DNA of 64,000 nt, taken from the IMG/VR virus record IMGVR_UViG_3300028805_000043; one strand, written 5' to 3'. Each line of letters begins with the position of its first letter. Positions within the stretch are counted from its first letter, which is position 1. Below are positions 10,068 through 20,452 of this stretch, in pieces. Origin of the DNA: a virus (Duplodnaviria; Caudoviricetes). The translations under genes were made by a program, and so were the position numbers. Below the pieces are notes generated by a model that saw only the letters and a program-made list of their open reading frames with translations, searched no databases and was not told the DNA's origin.

Positions 10068-10442
10068 TTAATTAAAATTATAAAATCTAATATCTTTAGC
10101 TTCACCTCTAAATTTTTTGCCAACTTCTAGTTTACGGTATTCTTTATATTGAACTTCATCATCTTCTTCTCCATCCCCATAATATTCTTTTTCTGCTTGC
10201 GGTGTTAGAGGAGTAACTTTATATACTACATGATATTCTTGTTCAGATGATCGTCCACCTACTAGATGCCAATTGCTCCCAATACAGTCATACTTATCAA
10301 TAATTTCAATTTCATATCTAACATTACGTTCATGATCTGCACGATTCTTATCTGCACATTTATTCATAAAGTAACAAAATACAATGGAAATTGGTAATAC
10401 AATAATCATTGTTTTCAAAAATCCTTTCCAATCGTCTTCCAT
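10068..10442 (-). CDS. Hypothetical membrane-anchored protein
   Basis: N-terminal hydrophobic segment MIIVLPISIVFCYF. Confidence 0.7.
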   Translation of the reverse strand: MEDDWKGFLKTMIIVLPISIVFCYFMNKCADKNRADHERNVRYEIEIIDKYDCIGSNWHLVGGRSSEQEYHVVYKVTPLTPQAEKEYYGDGEEDDEVQYKEYRKLEVGKKFRGEAKDIRFYNFN

Positions 10443-10453
10443 ATTAATTAAAA

Positions 10454-11323
10454 TTAAAAGTTATCTAAATCATCATCCTCAACAGGAGCAAGCTGTTTTT
10501 TTGAAAAGATTGCTTTAATATGAGTGAAATCATTAAGCTCAATATTGAAGTCTTCTTTAATACATTTATCAAGGAACGGAACTCTAAATCTATCAAGATA
10601 ATCAATCTTATATCCTGCACCAGTACATGTAATCTTTTCAACAAGATCCTCTACATAAATAGGAAAATAGTTTTCATGTACTTCACGATCCCAGTTTACC
10701 TTCCAACGATATTTTAGAAGGAAATGAATAGCATTTTTATTATTTGTTAATGTTCCCCAAATCTCTGAAAATTCTTTAACTTGTCCAATTGATATATTAC
10801 AATTTCTTTCAATTGCATTTGTTAAACTCTTTTTAGCATCCCTGTTAATATCCTTAGCTGGACACATATCTCTAATAATGATATAATCAAAACCAGAATA
10901 TCGTACATGATCCCAAAACTCACATATTGTTTCTTCAGTACCGTATGAATATACTTCGTGGATTACTGAAGATAAAATAAGTACTTTCTTACGATTAACA
11001 AATACAGAACTGCCACTCTGTCTACATTCATCCCAATTAGTTGTAAACCTTACATTAGCATTAACTGGTCCATTATAATTGGTCTTTGCCAACTTAATCA
11101 TTTCATCTGAAATATCGTAGCCAACATAAACATTATTAGGATTGTCTTTATAAATAGATGCCAATGCATTAATCATACTACCATCAGCACATCCAAAATC
11201 AACAAACATATAATTCTGATTCTTCGGTAGTCGTTCTACGAAAAATAATTTATCTGCCATACCCTTTTGCATTTCTTTATTATAATACTCGATGTTTGAA
11301 AATTTAATTCCTATTTCACACAT
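10454..11323 (-). CDS. Class I SAM-dependent methyltransferase
   Basis: VDFGCADG motif I, GYDISDEMI, LSSVIHEVY, IIRD; start revised to ATG 11323. Confidence 0.8.
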   Translation of the reverse strand: MCEIGIKFSNIEYYNKEMQKGMADKLFFVERLPKNQNYMFVDFGCADGSMINALASIYKDNPNNVYVGYDISDEMIKLAKTNYNGPVNANVRFTTNWDECRQSGSSVFVNRKKVLILSSVIHEVYSYGTEETICEFWDHVRYSGFDYIIIRDMCPAKDINRDAKKSLTNAIERNCNISIGQVKEFSEIWGTLTNNKNAIHFLLKYRWKVNWDREVHENYFPIYVEDLVEKITCTGAGYKIDYLDRFRVPFLDKCIKEDFNIELNDFTHIKAIFSKKQLAPVEDDDLDNF

Positions 11324-11375
11324 ATTATTATTTGTTTGATTTAACAAATTAAATATAGTACATCTTTATTGAAAT

Positions 11376-11654
11376 TCAAATATTATATGTATTTCTTACA
11401 TAATTATTGAGCATTTCTGCTGCATCATCTAATGAACGTGCATTACCAACATATTCATTAATAGTGCCAATTGTATGTTCAATTTTAACAGGTTTATTTT
11501 CTGGTTCTACACATACTGAACATAGAATTTTACGATTACCTAGCATTTCTCTATAACAGATACAAAGTCTATTGAATGCAGTTACATGCATTGACAATGT
11601 ATACATTGTTTCATTATAGTTAAATGTCTTTGGGAGTGTTTCAATAATATTCAT
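11376..11654 (-). CDS. Hypothetical protein
   Basis: 92-aa ORF in a co-oriented run. Confidence 0.65.
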   Translation of the reverse strand: MNIIETLPKTFNYNETMYTLSMHVTAFNRLCICYREMLGNRKILCSVCVEPENKPVKIEHTIGTINEYVGNARSLDDAAEMLNNYVRNTYNI

Positions 11655-11667
11655 AATCTTTAATTAT

Positions 11668-12309
11668 TTAAATTCCAAAATTATAATTATTAGTAAATAC
11701 TGTGTTAATTGATTCCTGCATTGAAATTACATCTGCCTTGCATTCTTTAATATCATAATTAAGCTCCATGAACTTCTTTACAAAATCAAGTGTAAAATAA
11801 TCTTTACAGTCTTCATAATACTTCTTCCGCCATTCATGAGTAGAAAAATCTGTTACCTTATTGAAAAGTACCCCAGGATCCTTTTCACCTTCTTCAATCT
11901 TCATCTGTAAATCTTCAAGAAGAATACGAATTTCACCAAGTTCAATTAGTTGTTCATATGTAAGTCCAGTATAAATCTTTCCAAACTTACCAAAGGCAAT
12001 AATTCGTGTTGCCCACATATAATCATGTTTATTATTCTTTCTCCACCCACGAATATATTTTGAAAACCATTCATTAAGATTGTACCTCTTAGTAAAGAAT
12101 CCACTCCATGCAGTTGGACGAAACATTGAATAACCTTCAATACCCTTCTTTCCATCTACAATCATATTTGAAATCTCAGATACCCATCTCCAATGATCAT
12201 AAGGGCGTGAATTTTCATATTTACCATCTGAAATCTGACCAGACATTTCCCACTCATACAAACACATTGCAGATACATTCTCAAAATGAATCGTAAGATT
12301 TTTTTCCAT
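11668..12309 (-). CDS. Hypothetical protein (start revised to 12309)
   Basis: Promoter motif lies inside the longer ORF call; EMSGQISDGKYENSRP motif. Confidence 0.7.
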   Translation of the reverse strand: MEKNLTIHFENVSAMCLYEWEMSGQISDGKYENSRPYDHWRWVSEISNMIVDGKKGIEGYSMFRPTAWSGFFTKRYNLNEWFSKYIRGWRKNNKHDYMWATRIIAFGKFGKIYTGLTYEQLIELGEIRILLEDLQMKIEEGEKDPGVLFNKVTDFSTHEWRKKYYEDCKDYFTLDFVKKFMELNYDIKECKADVISMQESINTVFTNNYNFGI

Positions 12310-12481
12310 ATTTAATATTTGTTTGATTACAATATAATATAGAACATATTTAAAAAAATTCAAATAATATTTAAAAAATATATAAGAAAAAATAAAGGTA
12401 GACTTGTTTCTCAACAAATCTACCTCTCGCCTCATAATAAAAATATATTTTTTAATTATGATTATGACTATAGTCCTATAT

Positions 12482-13570
12482 TTATGCTAATTCAAAAACT
12501 GGTCTTACATTACTTTTTAGAATTTGACCCTTCTTATTATAAATAAATGGATCCTTTCCTTCTTGTACCTCAAATTCAGAAATTCGTACCTTAATATGAT
12601 CTCCAGGTTTATATTCCAACAAATCAATTGCATCTATTGGCATAAGACCAGTTATAAACTTATCATCCAATTCAACGAATATACCAGTCTTATTAGATGA
12701 ATTAATAATACCTGTTACTGTACCATTATAAGTTTCTTTAGTATATGTAACACGTTCATCCTTTTGAGCAAGTAACCATTTTCCATAAATCTCATGAATA
12801 TTATTAGTTCCATAGATTTGGAGTACTTTCTTACGTGAACCAACTAATGAGTTCTCAATTAAACCTGTCTTAATATCCTTTCTAAATTCTACGAACTTTT
12901 GTGGTACAATCATTACCTCCTGGCCAATCCACTTTTCAAAATCATGCTCAATATTAAGAACAATATGTGAACCTGGAATGAATACTGAATGTGTATATGT
13001 TTTTCCGGTTAATTGACATATAGGAGTAATATCAGTATGACAAATATATCCTCCTTTTACAAGTGAATCAATATGAACTTTAATACCTTGCTCAAATTGA
13101 ATTGCTTTATTAATTGTATTTGTCCATTGATTATAATAAGCACTGATTACAGATACAATGTACTTATTATCTTTATGTTCACGTACTTCAAAAAGTAACT
13201 TATTGTTATGTTGTGCTAAATAATTATTAATAGCTGTTGCACAATCATTAAAGTTTTCCTTAGAAATAATTTCATCCTTTACACCAGGTACATCGAATAC
13301 AATTCCATTCTTTCCAAATGACTTAACTGTTCCAGAATAAATCTTTCCAAGTTCAATAAGTTGTACGTTATTAATTGCTTTATTTTGCTTAACTTCCGGA
13401 GATATTTCCATTCCATAATAAATTGCGAATGACTTTGCTAATGACATATTTCCATAAGCTTTCTTCATATAACGAATACGTTCAGCATCATTCTTGAAAA
13501 ATGGAAATTCACTATCACTATTAATATCTGCGTAAGTTAAAAGACGTTGTTTATTTGTATTATTTGCCAT
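12482..13570 (-). CDS. Ribosomal protein S1-like multi-OB-fold RNA-binding protein
   Basis: Three S1-like repeats: GKIYSGTVKSFGKNGIVFDV; VKGGYI..VFIPGSHI; YNGTVTG..GIFVEL..ITGLM..YKPGDHIKVRI. Confidence 0.7.
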   Translation of the reverse strand: MANNTNKQRLLTYADINSDSEFPFFKNDAERIRYMKKAYGNMSLAKSFAIYYGMEISPEVKQNKAINNVQLIELGKIYSGTVKSFGKNGIVFDVPGVKDEIISKENFNDCATAINNYLAQHNNKLLFEVREHKDNKYIVSVISAYYNQWTNTINKAIQFEQGIKVHIDSLVKGGYICHTDITPICQLTGKTYTHSVFIPGSHIVLNIEHDFEKWIGQEVMIVPQKFVEFRKDIKTGLIENSLVGSRKKVLQIYGTNNIHEIYGKWLLAQKDERVTYTKETYNGTVTGIINSSNKTGIFVELDDKFITGLMPIDAIDLLEYKPGDHIKVRISEFEVQEGKDPFIYNKKGQILKSNVRPVFELA

Positions 13571-13678
13571 GTATTTTTATTTTTTGAGCCTAGCAAATTA
13601 AGCTCGGTTAAACAATATGTTAATTAAATCTCTATGTTAAAATATATTAATAATATAGATACAGTTTTAACAAAAATT

Positions 13679-14017
13679 TCAATTTGCCTTAACTAAATTA
13701 TCTGATTCAACTGGTTTTTTAGGATTACCAAATTGATCTATGGCTTTTTGACAAGTGCCATCATCAAGCCATTCATATTCTACTAATTTAGATTGTATCT
13801 TTACTTTACCATGTATAATATTTGGAACCTCATCTAAATCAATTTTTGTTACAATAACTTGACGACCATCTTTTGTCATTACTGGTTTTTCATCATTAAG
13901 CCATTGATCATCAATAGGTTCTCCTTTTTGTTCAAAATATTTCTGTAAAGCTATTTCTTCTTTAATTCTTTCTTCTTTTAATATAAAATCTATGATTGAT
14001 TGCATATCTGTTTGCAT
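13679..14017 (-). CDS. Hypothetical protein
   Basis: KPVMTKDGRQV motif; 112 aa. Confidence 0.65.
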   Translation of the reverse strand: MQTDMQSIIDFILKEERIKEEIALQKYFEQKGEPIDDQWLNDEKPVMTKDGRQVIVTKIDLDEVPNIIHGKVKIQSKLVEYEWLDDGTCQKAIDQFGNPKKPVESDNLVKAN

Positions 14018-14019
14018 AT

Positions 14020-14241
14020 TTATTTTGAAAATTTATATTCGTCTTCTACTCTTTTTTGAGCTTCATCAACCTTTTGTAAAGTTTTTAAAGCTTTATCAGA
14101 TTTTCTTTTATCTATATTAAGCTTAAGTCCACAAGTTGGACAAAACAAACAACCAGAAAATAAAATCTGTTGAATGGAAGTTGGAATAAAGTTTCCACAA
14201 TGTGGGCAACGAATGCCTGGTATTTTTTGCTGTTGTTTCAT
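14020..14241 (-). CDS. Small zinc-ribbon protein
   Basis: CPHC...CPTC. Confidence 0.75.
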   Translation of the reverse strand: MKQQQKIPGIRCPHCGNFIPTSIQQILFSGCLFCPTCGLKLNIDKRKSDKALKTLQKVDEAQKRVEDEYKFSK

Positions 14242-14293
14242 TTTTGATTTTGTAAAAATTATATTTAATAAATTGTTTTATTAAAAATAATTA

Positions 14294-14884
14294 TTACGAA
14301 TTTTTAAATTTGTCAGCATACTTCCTAAAATAAATATATGTATCTGCACTATTCATTTTATTTTTTATAGCATGTTCATTATATAAACATTCCTTTAAAC
14401 ACCATTCATCAATAGATTGCCAATTTACAATTTTACAGGTTTCACCTTTTGAATTTTTGACAAATAATCTATCTGTTCCCATTGCATGATCATCAATCAA
14501 ATAATCCATGAATACTTTACGTGAATTATCTCCAGTATATTTTTCCCATTGACTATTTGCGTTAATACCCCATAATGATATTCCATTATCTGTAAATATT
14601 TTAATAGCTGGTGATAATATATCTACAACACCCATATCCATTCCATAATTTTGTTTTGAATATTCAACTAATTCATTACAACATATTGGATATGAATGTG
14701 AACGTTGTGTATATAATATTATTTTGTGACCTTCTGATTGTAAAGCTTTTAAAACTTCTATAGCTCCAGGTATAATAGGACCAACATAAGGCCATTCATC
14801 AAGGCAAACAGTATTATCAAAATCTACACATATAACTTTTTTGCCATTTAATACTTCATAGTATTTATTTGTTGCATATCTCAT
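14294..14884 (-). CDS. HAD-superfamily hydrolase
   Basis: VDFDNT motif I, ILYTQR motif II, K..DYLIDD motifs III/IV. Confidence 0.8.
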   Translation of the reverse strand: MRYATNKYYEVLNGKKVICVDFDNTVCLDEWPYVGPIIPGAIEVLKALQSEGHKIILYTQRSHSYPICCNELVEYSKQNYGMDMGVVDILSPAIKIFTDNGISLWGINANSQWEKYTGDNSRKVFMDYLIDDHAMGTDRLFVKNSKGETCKIVNWQSIDEWCLKECLYNEHAIKNKMNSADTYIYFRKYADKFKNS

Positions 14885-15198
14885 AGTCTAAAATTACTTT
14901 CAAATACTTCCATTAATTTATTAAATTGTTCAACACTATCTAAATCAGCAGAACCTATTGAACAACAATCACAATTATCAATATGAATATGCCAAGCACG
15001 ACCACTATTTGTTAATCCATTATCAATATCAAGTTTCAATACTTTGCCAGGATTATTATCGACGTCATTTGTCCAACGTCTTAATAATACATAATCATCT
15101 AAACCATCATATTTTTTATGAAATTGTTTTTCATAATCATAAGTAATATCTTCAAATCCTGCTGATATTAATTTTTCTTTACTTATTATTTCCTGCAT
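14881..15198 (-). CDS. Hypothetical protein
   Basis: ATGA overlap with the next gene. Confidence 0.65.
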   Translation of the reverse strand: MQEIISKEKLISAGFEDITYDYEKQFHKKYDGLDDYVLLRRWTNDVDNNPGKVLKLDIDNGLTNSGRAWHIHIDNCDCCSIGSADLDSVEQFNKLMEVFESNFRL

Positions 15199-15991
15199 TC
15201 TCTTCTATCTTTTTTAATAATGCTTCGTATTCGGCTTTCTTTTGAGCTTTTTGATCTTCCCATTTTTTATTCCATTGATCCTTCCAATTATTTCCATATT
15301 CTTCTTCCATTACTTCTTCAAAGTTATCTCCATAATAATCCATTTCCCAAAGAAGCAAAGGATTACGTTCTTCTATTTCAATATCAACATTATAATGATC
15401 TTTCCACCATTTCTTAACAGTTTCTGCATTTGGTGTTGGTGTTGCTCCCATTGTTAATGTATTTATAAATTTTTGTTCATCTATATTAAATGAATAAAAA
15501 TCTTGACAGGCATTAATAAGTTCAATAACTTTGTTCAATACTTTATCTGTAACACCCTTAGCTATTTCACCATTACCATCATATTCTCCATATATGATAT
15601 CGTAAATATGTTTCTTTAATGGTTTTACTTTTTCATATCCGCGAGTTCCTGGGTGGTAATTACCATATTTATCAGTATAAGATTCAATGTATTTATCTTT
15701 TGATCCACCTTTTAGCAAATAACTTTTTAGAATATCAATATCTTCCTTAAATTCAGGAGCAATACGATAAGCATCAATATATTTATCTATTATATACTTA
15801 TATTCTTCATGTGATAAATAATGTCTATCATATATTGGGCCATCATTTTTTTCATCAATTTTACCTGCTTTATATTCTGCAATAAGACAATCCCAATCTG
15901 CGGTTGGTTGAGCTTTTGCAAACATTTCTCTATAACAATCTTTAACTGCTTTAGCTAATACGTCTTCTCTTGTTAAATCAAAATTATTCAT
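15179..15991 (-). CDS. Hypothetical protein
   Basis: 270-aa ORF. Confidence 0.75.
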   Translation of the reverse strand: MNNFDLTREDVLAKAVKDCYREMFAKAQPTADWDCLIAEYKAGKIDEKNDGPIYDRHYLSHEEYKYIIDKYIDAYRIAPEFKEDIDILKSYLLKGGSKDKYIESYTDKYGNYHPGTRGYEKVKPLKKHIYDIIYGEYDGNGEIAKGVTDKVLNKVIELINACQDFYSFNIDEQKFINTLTMGATPTPNAETVKKWWKDHYNVDIEIEERNPLLLWEMDYYGDNFEEVMEEEYGNNWKDQWNKKWEDQKAQKKAEYEALLKKIEENAGNNK

Positions 15992-16066
15992 TTATATTAT
16001 AGTTTAAATTTAATTTAAAATAGAAATTTATTACTATTATATATTATTAAAATTTGTTAAAGAATA

Positions 16067-16504
16067 TTAACGATATTTGTTAACACAATCTTTTAATGCT
16101 GATTTAATATCTTCATCAACGTTAAAATTTTCAGATTGCATTCGTTCTTTTATATTTTCTATTAAATCTGGTGCAAATTCGTTTTCTATCCAATCTTGTA
16201 CAGTTCTACTAAAATCTTCAACTATCCAGTCTCGCATACTTTCTAATGCATTGGTTAATTTAGCATCAATATATTTTTCAATATTTCTATAAATTCTATC
16301 TTCAGTATTTAAATTAACATCACTAATATATGTCCCTATAGCACGAATAGCTGTTGAAGATTCTAATGTACCCCATTCATTATAATTACATTCATTTCGA
16401 ATGCGATTTAGAATTCCTTCGCCGTCATGTGCAAATATATTTAATTGTTCACGTTTTGGTAAATTTACAGTATTACCTACTTCTATTTGTGTTAAAGTTT
16501 TCAT
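16067..16504 (-). CDS. Hypothetical protein
   Basis: 145-aa ORF. Confidence 0.65.
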   Translation of the reverse strand: MKTLTQIEVGNTVNLPKREQLNIFAHDGEGILNRIRNECNYNEWGTLESSTAIRAIGTYISDVNLNTEDRIYRNIEKYIDAKLTNALESMRDWIVEDFSRTVQDWIENEFAPDLIENIKERMQSENFNVDEDIKSALKDCVNKYR

Positions 16505-16597
16505 ATTATAAAGTTATTAAATACCAAATTAAACCAAGTATAGCCCAGATACAAAGTACCTGAGCTATGGCTTTTATATGTGTTTTATTTTCATTTA

Positions 16598-17059
16598 TCA
16601 TATTTTAGAAAATTCTTTAATAAGTTCATTTTCTAATTCATAATATTTTTTTCCAAATTCAGTACGTTCAACTTTTGGAATAAAATACTCTGATTTATTA
16701 AATTTAATATCATTTGTAGGATGTTTCCAAAGACCATTAGTCATTTCAATATATTCATCAATCTTTTTTCTAAAATCTCTATCAGATTCATATTTGACAA
16801 TATATCTATCTAAAATTGTAAAATAATGTTCGTCAGGAATACGATTATGAAAACGTAACTTTAAAAATACATTTTTATACTCCTCATCCTTATAATTTTC
16901 TGGAGATGGACCTTTCCAATTTGATGGTTTCCATTTTTTAAGACCAGTTTCAACAATAGGCTTAATATATGGAGCTTTTGTTAAAATATCAAGCCAAGGT
17001 GTATCTTTTGTAACATTTGTTGTTATCTGCACTGGATAACCATTTGAATAATCAATCAT
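16598..17059 (-). CDS. Hypothetical protein
   Basis: 153-aa ORF, ATGA-coupled. Confidence 0.65.
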   Translation of the reverse strand: MIDYSNGYPVQITTNVTKDTPWLDILTKAPYIKPIVETGLKKWKPSNWKGPSPENYKDEEYKNVFLKLRFHNRIPDEHYFTILDRYIVKYESDRDFRKKIDEYIEMTNGLWKHPTNDIKFNKSEYFIPKVERTEFGKKYYELENELIKEFSKI

Positions 17060-17499
17060 AACAATTCCGAATTATTAGGTTTTATATTACTTATATTATA
17101 TTTATTTGTTAATTTTCTCATAGGTATATCATGTGTTAACGATGATTTAATTTTTAAATTACTAATCTTCATATATCGATATCTATCATCCCAATATGCA
17201 ACTTTAAGCATTTCATAAACTATATCTTCGTTAAATTTTGCATCACATATAAATGTGTCATGTCTAATAGCATCTAAATCTTCATAATTACTATTTCCAT
17301 AATCGAATTCCCAAATATTTGCATAAGGCCATTCAATAATCATTTCAGTAATTGGATTAGTTTCATGACCTTCATAAGGATCGTCGATAGTAATCATTAA
17401 ATCACCATCTTCATCTTTAAAAATATCTATAATAGGACCTCTATCATACATTTGGCAATCAGTCCTAGCAATCATTCCAATTAAATCTTCCTTTTTCAT
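17056..17499 (-). CDS. Hypothetical protein
   Basis: 147-aa ORF. Confidence 0.65.
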   Translation of the reverse strand: MKKEDLIGMIARTDCQMYDRGPIIDIFKDEDGDLMITIDDPYEGHETNPITEMIIEWPYANIWEFDYGNSNYEDLDAIRHDTFICDAKFNEDIVYEMLKVAYWDDRYRYMKISNLKIKSSLTHDIPMRKLTNKYNISNIKPNNSELL

Positions 17500-17502
17500 T
17501 CT

Positions 17503-17775
17503 TTATTGTTTTTCATCTTCCTCTAAATCATACTTATCAAGGTCATACTTAGGAATTTCTATTTGTAATTGTAAAGTTCTTAAGATAGGCCAAAATTTAT
17601 CATTATGCGTATAATCCCAATTAGATGGTTTATTTACATATGTCTTACCAACATAAGCACGATTAACTACATTTGCATATCCAATACAAGGAGAAGTACA
17701 ATAACAAGTTACTAAGCAATTATCATATTCATCCCCATATTCATTTAAAATATCTTTAAGTTCTTTTACTGTCAT
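17503..17775 (-). CDS. Hypothetical protein
   Basis: MTVKELKDIL start typical of small phage proteins. Confidence 0.65.
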   Translation of the reverse strand: MTVKELKDILNEYGDEYDNCLVTCYCTSPCIGYANVVNRAYVGKTYVNKPSNWDYTHNDKFWPILRTLQLQIEIPKYDLDKYDLEEDEKQ

Positions 17776-17966
17776 ATTGTTTTCTTTTTATTTATATACA
17801 TATCATAATAAAATGCTGATTCTTTGAGACCTAAATCAGTATTTTCTTTTATATATTTTATTGCTTGGGGTTTTAATTTTATAGTTTTTACATATTCAAA
17901 TTGCTCACTTGTTAAAAGAGATTTTGGTAACCAATCTTCTTCCATAATTTTATCAATATTTTTCAT
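17772..17966 (-). CDS. Small protein with L7/L12 C-terminal-like motif
   Basis: AIKYIKENTDLGLKESA. Confidence 0.5.
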   Translation of the reverse strand: MKNIDKIMEEDWLPKSLLTSEQFEYVKTIKLKPQAIKYIKENTDLGLKESAFYYDMYINKKKTI

Positions 17967-18304
17967 TAAAATTTTATGTCATGGTTACAATTTGGACAAA
18001 CAACACACATACCCATTGCATCAATAATAATTTCTGTATCAAAAAATTCAACTATTGCTCCACAATGCGAACAAATCTTTCGGTGTTTATAACTATTTTG
18101 TTTTTTAACGAATCCAATTACTTCTGGCATAATGAAAATCTATTCTAATGTTAATTTACCATCTTTAATCATATCCAACATTGTAAAGATTTCATTACGA
18201 CTCATTCCATAATCATCAACATAACCTTCTCGGCTATATCCCCATGATTCAAAATGTTGTCCAATTACTTTACAATTTTTCCAAATATAATCTCTTGCAG
18301 TCAT
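17966..18304 (-). CDS. Two in-frame 54-aa ORFs joined by one TAG (18140-18142); possible 112-aa readthrough zinc-ribbon protein
   Basis: Manual translation: MTARDYIW...DGKLTLE*IFIMPEVIG...CSHC...CPNCNHDIKF; fills the gap in the ORF track. Confidence 0.55.
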
Positions 18305-18311
18305 ATTATTT

Positions 18312-18515
18312 TTAACTTTCTGGATTACACATCGTTATAAATAATTTTGATGAACGATATTTTTCAGGATTTGTATCTACGCCATCACCATCATCACCAT
18401 CCCATCCTAAATGCTTTCTTGATAAAGCCTCATAATCACCTTTCTTATCTTGTACATATACTTCACAATAAGGGTCAAAATGAGTTAACTCACAAATTAA
18501 ATCAAATACTTTCAT
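18312..18515 (-). CDS. Hypothetical protein
   Basis: MKVFDLICELTHFDP motif; TAATG coupling. Confidence 0.6.
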   Translation of the reverse strand: MKVFDLICELTHFDPYCEVYVQDKKGDYEALSRKHLGWDGDDGDGVDTNPEKYRSSKLFITMCNPES

Positions 18516-18901
18516 TAAATATACTCTATATTATTATCTATCCAATTAAATACTTCATCTTCAGTAAAATCTTGACTTAAAAATTGTTCAATTTCAGCCA
18601 ATGATTTGGTATCAGGTAAAGAACCAATTACATCTCCAGAACGAGTTTCATATACATAAACTGTATAATCGTCATCAGTTGTTTCAACATAAAATTCCCA
18701 ATGATAAATTTTAAATCTATTATTATCAATGTGTTGTATTTTATTTGAAGATTTAATTAAGTTAGATAAATCACAAACAATGTCAATACAAGTATCCCCG
18801 ATATCTGAATAGTCATTTGCTCCATTATCGAGCATTTTATCATATTCATCAGCTAATGAAACAATTCGTTTAACCAAATTATCATCAATATTTAATGTCA
18901 T
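18515..18901 (-). CDS. Hypothetical protein
   Basis: 128-aa acidic ORF. Confidence 0.65.
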   Translation of the reverse strand: MTLNIDDNLVKRIVSLADEYDKMLDNGANDYSDIGDTCIDIVCDLSNLIKSSNKIQHIDNNRFKIYHWEFYVETTDDDYTVYVYETRSGDVIGSLPDTKSLAEIEQFLSQDFTEDEVFNWIDNNIEYI

Positions 18902-18903
18902 AA

Positions 18904-19524
18904 TTAGGCAATTTTAGATTTTACACATTCAGCAACAAGTTGTCCATTAACACGTTCAAAAGCTTTCTTAACTTCACCAATTGTCTTACCCATCAACTTT
19001 TGATCAACACCATTAGGATAATGTTCATTAATATAATTCAAAATATCTTCCTTTGTTGCTTCCTTTGGTAAGAATTGTTCAAGTACTTGTAATTCAAAAG
19101 CTTCTTTACGAAGTGCATCCTCATAACCAGGCTTGTTATAATTATTAAGATTTTCTTTATGAGCTTTTACCATTTTTTCAATCACAGTTCTCTGGAACTT
19201 CTCAGGAAGATTATCAATCTGATAGTCCATAGATTCATTAACTACTGTAACTTTAATAGTCTTACCATCCTTCTCTGCATCTTCTTGATGGGTAGTAATA
19301 AGTTTTTCTGCTAACATTACCGGAAAAACTTCCTTATTCTTTGTGATTTCTTCCATAAAAGCTCCCTTAAGAATCTTATAAAGCTCAAGAGTAGTATTTA
19401 ACTCAAAATAAGTTTGCTCATCTGTAACTGATAATGTAAGACCTTCTCTTTGTGCCTCCATTACCTTCTTCTTGATAGGCATATAATCCTTTGTTACTGC
19501 CTTAATTAATTCATTAATTTTCAT
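18904..19524 (-). CDS. GatB/YqeY domain protein
   Basis: KMVK...EAFELQVLEQFLPKE...MGKTIGEVK pattern. Confidence 0.7.
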   Translation of the reverse strand: MKINELIKAVTKDYMPIKKKVMEAQREGLTLSVTDEQTYFELNTTLELYKILKGAFMEEITKNKEVFPVMLAEKLITTHQEDAEKDGKTIKVTVVNESMDYQIDNLPEKFQRTVIEKMVKAHKENLNNYNKPGYEDALRKEAFELQVLEQFLPKEATKEDILNYINEHYPNGVDQKLMGKTIGEVKKAFERVNGQLVAECVKSKIA

Positions 19525-19565
19525 AAACTTGAAATTATTACTATTTTATATGGTTTTCTAATTAA

Positions 19566-20309
19566 TCATTTAATATAAGTTTTAATAAAATCTTTTGTTG
19601 AATTCATAAAGTTACACTTATCAGATATGCACCATTGCAAATAATTTTGATCATGTTGTGCAACATATTCCAATGAAACATTACGATATTTGCCAAGATT
19701 AAAACATGGTGTTAATTTTCCATCAAAATCTATTTCAGAAATTACATTATCTTCTCCATACATTTTTTCTGGTCCATATTCTTGTATCTTTTGTTGTGCA
19801 AAAAATACGGCGTATGTGGCTTTAATATCTGATAATGCGTTATGAGCTTCAAGACCAGATTCAACCATGGTCTTTCCTTTATACCGTTTATATGTATTTT
19901 CAAGATTGATTCCATTACGACGTTTCTCTTCTAAGAATGCATCATAACACTTACGTTTAGTAAAATCAATATCATATCCATATTTATTCAATTCAGCTTT
20001 CAGAAATGGAATATCAAAACCATTTCCATTATATGTTAATACTGCATCATCACCAAAGAATCCAATAATATCATTAGCAACTTCAGATAAATGTGGTTTA
20101 TCTTTTAAAAATTCTGGTGTAATATGATGTTTTGCATAAGCCGCAATAGATATTGAATAACTTCCTACTGGTTGAATATACAAATCCAATGTTTTTAGAA
20201 TTTCATTTGTTTCAGTATTTATCTTAATTGCTGAAAATTGTATAATTTGATCTTTTGTTCTGTCTAATCCTGTTGTTTCTAAATCAAATACTGTTAAAAT
20301 CATAGTCAA
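19566..20309 (-). CDS. DEDDh 3'-5' exonuclease (DnaQ-like)
   Basis: FDLETTG, YNGNGFD, AHNALSD; C-terminal GKY...YLQW module. Confidence 0.88.
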   Translation of the reverse strand: MTMILTVFDLETTGLDRTKDQIIQFSAIKINTETNEILKTLDLYIQPVGSYSISIAAYAKHHITPEFLKDKPHLSEVANDIIGFFGDDAVLTYNGNGFDIPFLKAELNKYGYDIDFTKRKCYDAFLEEKRRNGINLENTYKRYKGKTMVESGLEAHNALSDIKATYAVFFAQQKIQEYGPEKMYGEDNVISEIDFDGKLTPCFNLGKYRNVSLEYVAQHDQNYLQWCISDKCNFMNSTKDFIKTYIK

Positions 20310-20414
20310 TTTCTTATTAATAAAATTTAATATTAAATAGTTTTATAAGTAAGTATTTTCAATTTATAGATATTTAAATAATTGTTAAAAATACTATAAA
20401 TTTATATATCCAAT

Positions 20415-20431
20415 ATTATTTTTATATATAA
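20415..20431 (+). promoter_or_regulatory. Recurrent late promoter-like motif TATTTTTA(T/A)ATATA
   Basis: Seen upstream of 20453, 31159, 41687, 44392 and 50753 (+), and of 1516, 38289 and 41557 (-). Confidence 0.45.
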
Positions 20432-20452
20432 ATTATAAAGTATGTTATTGTA

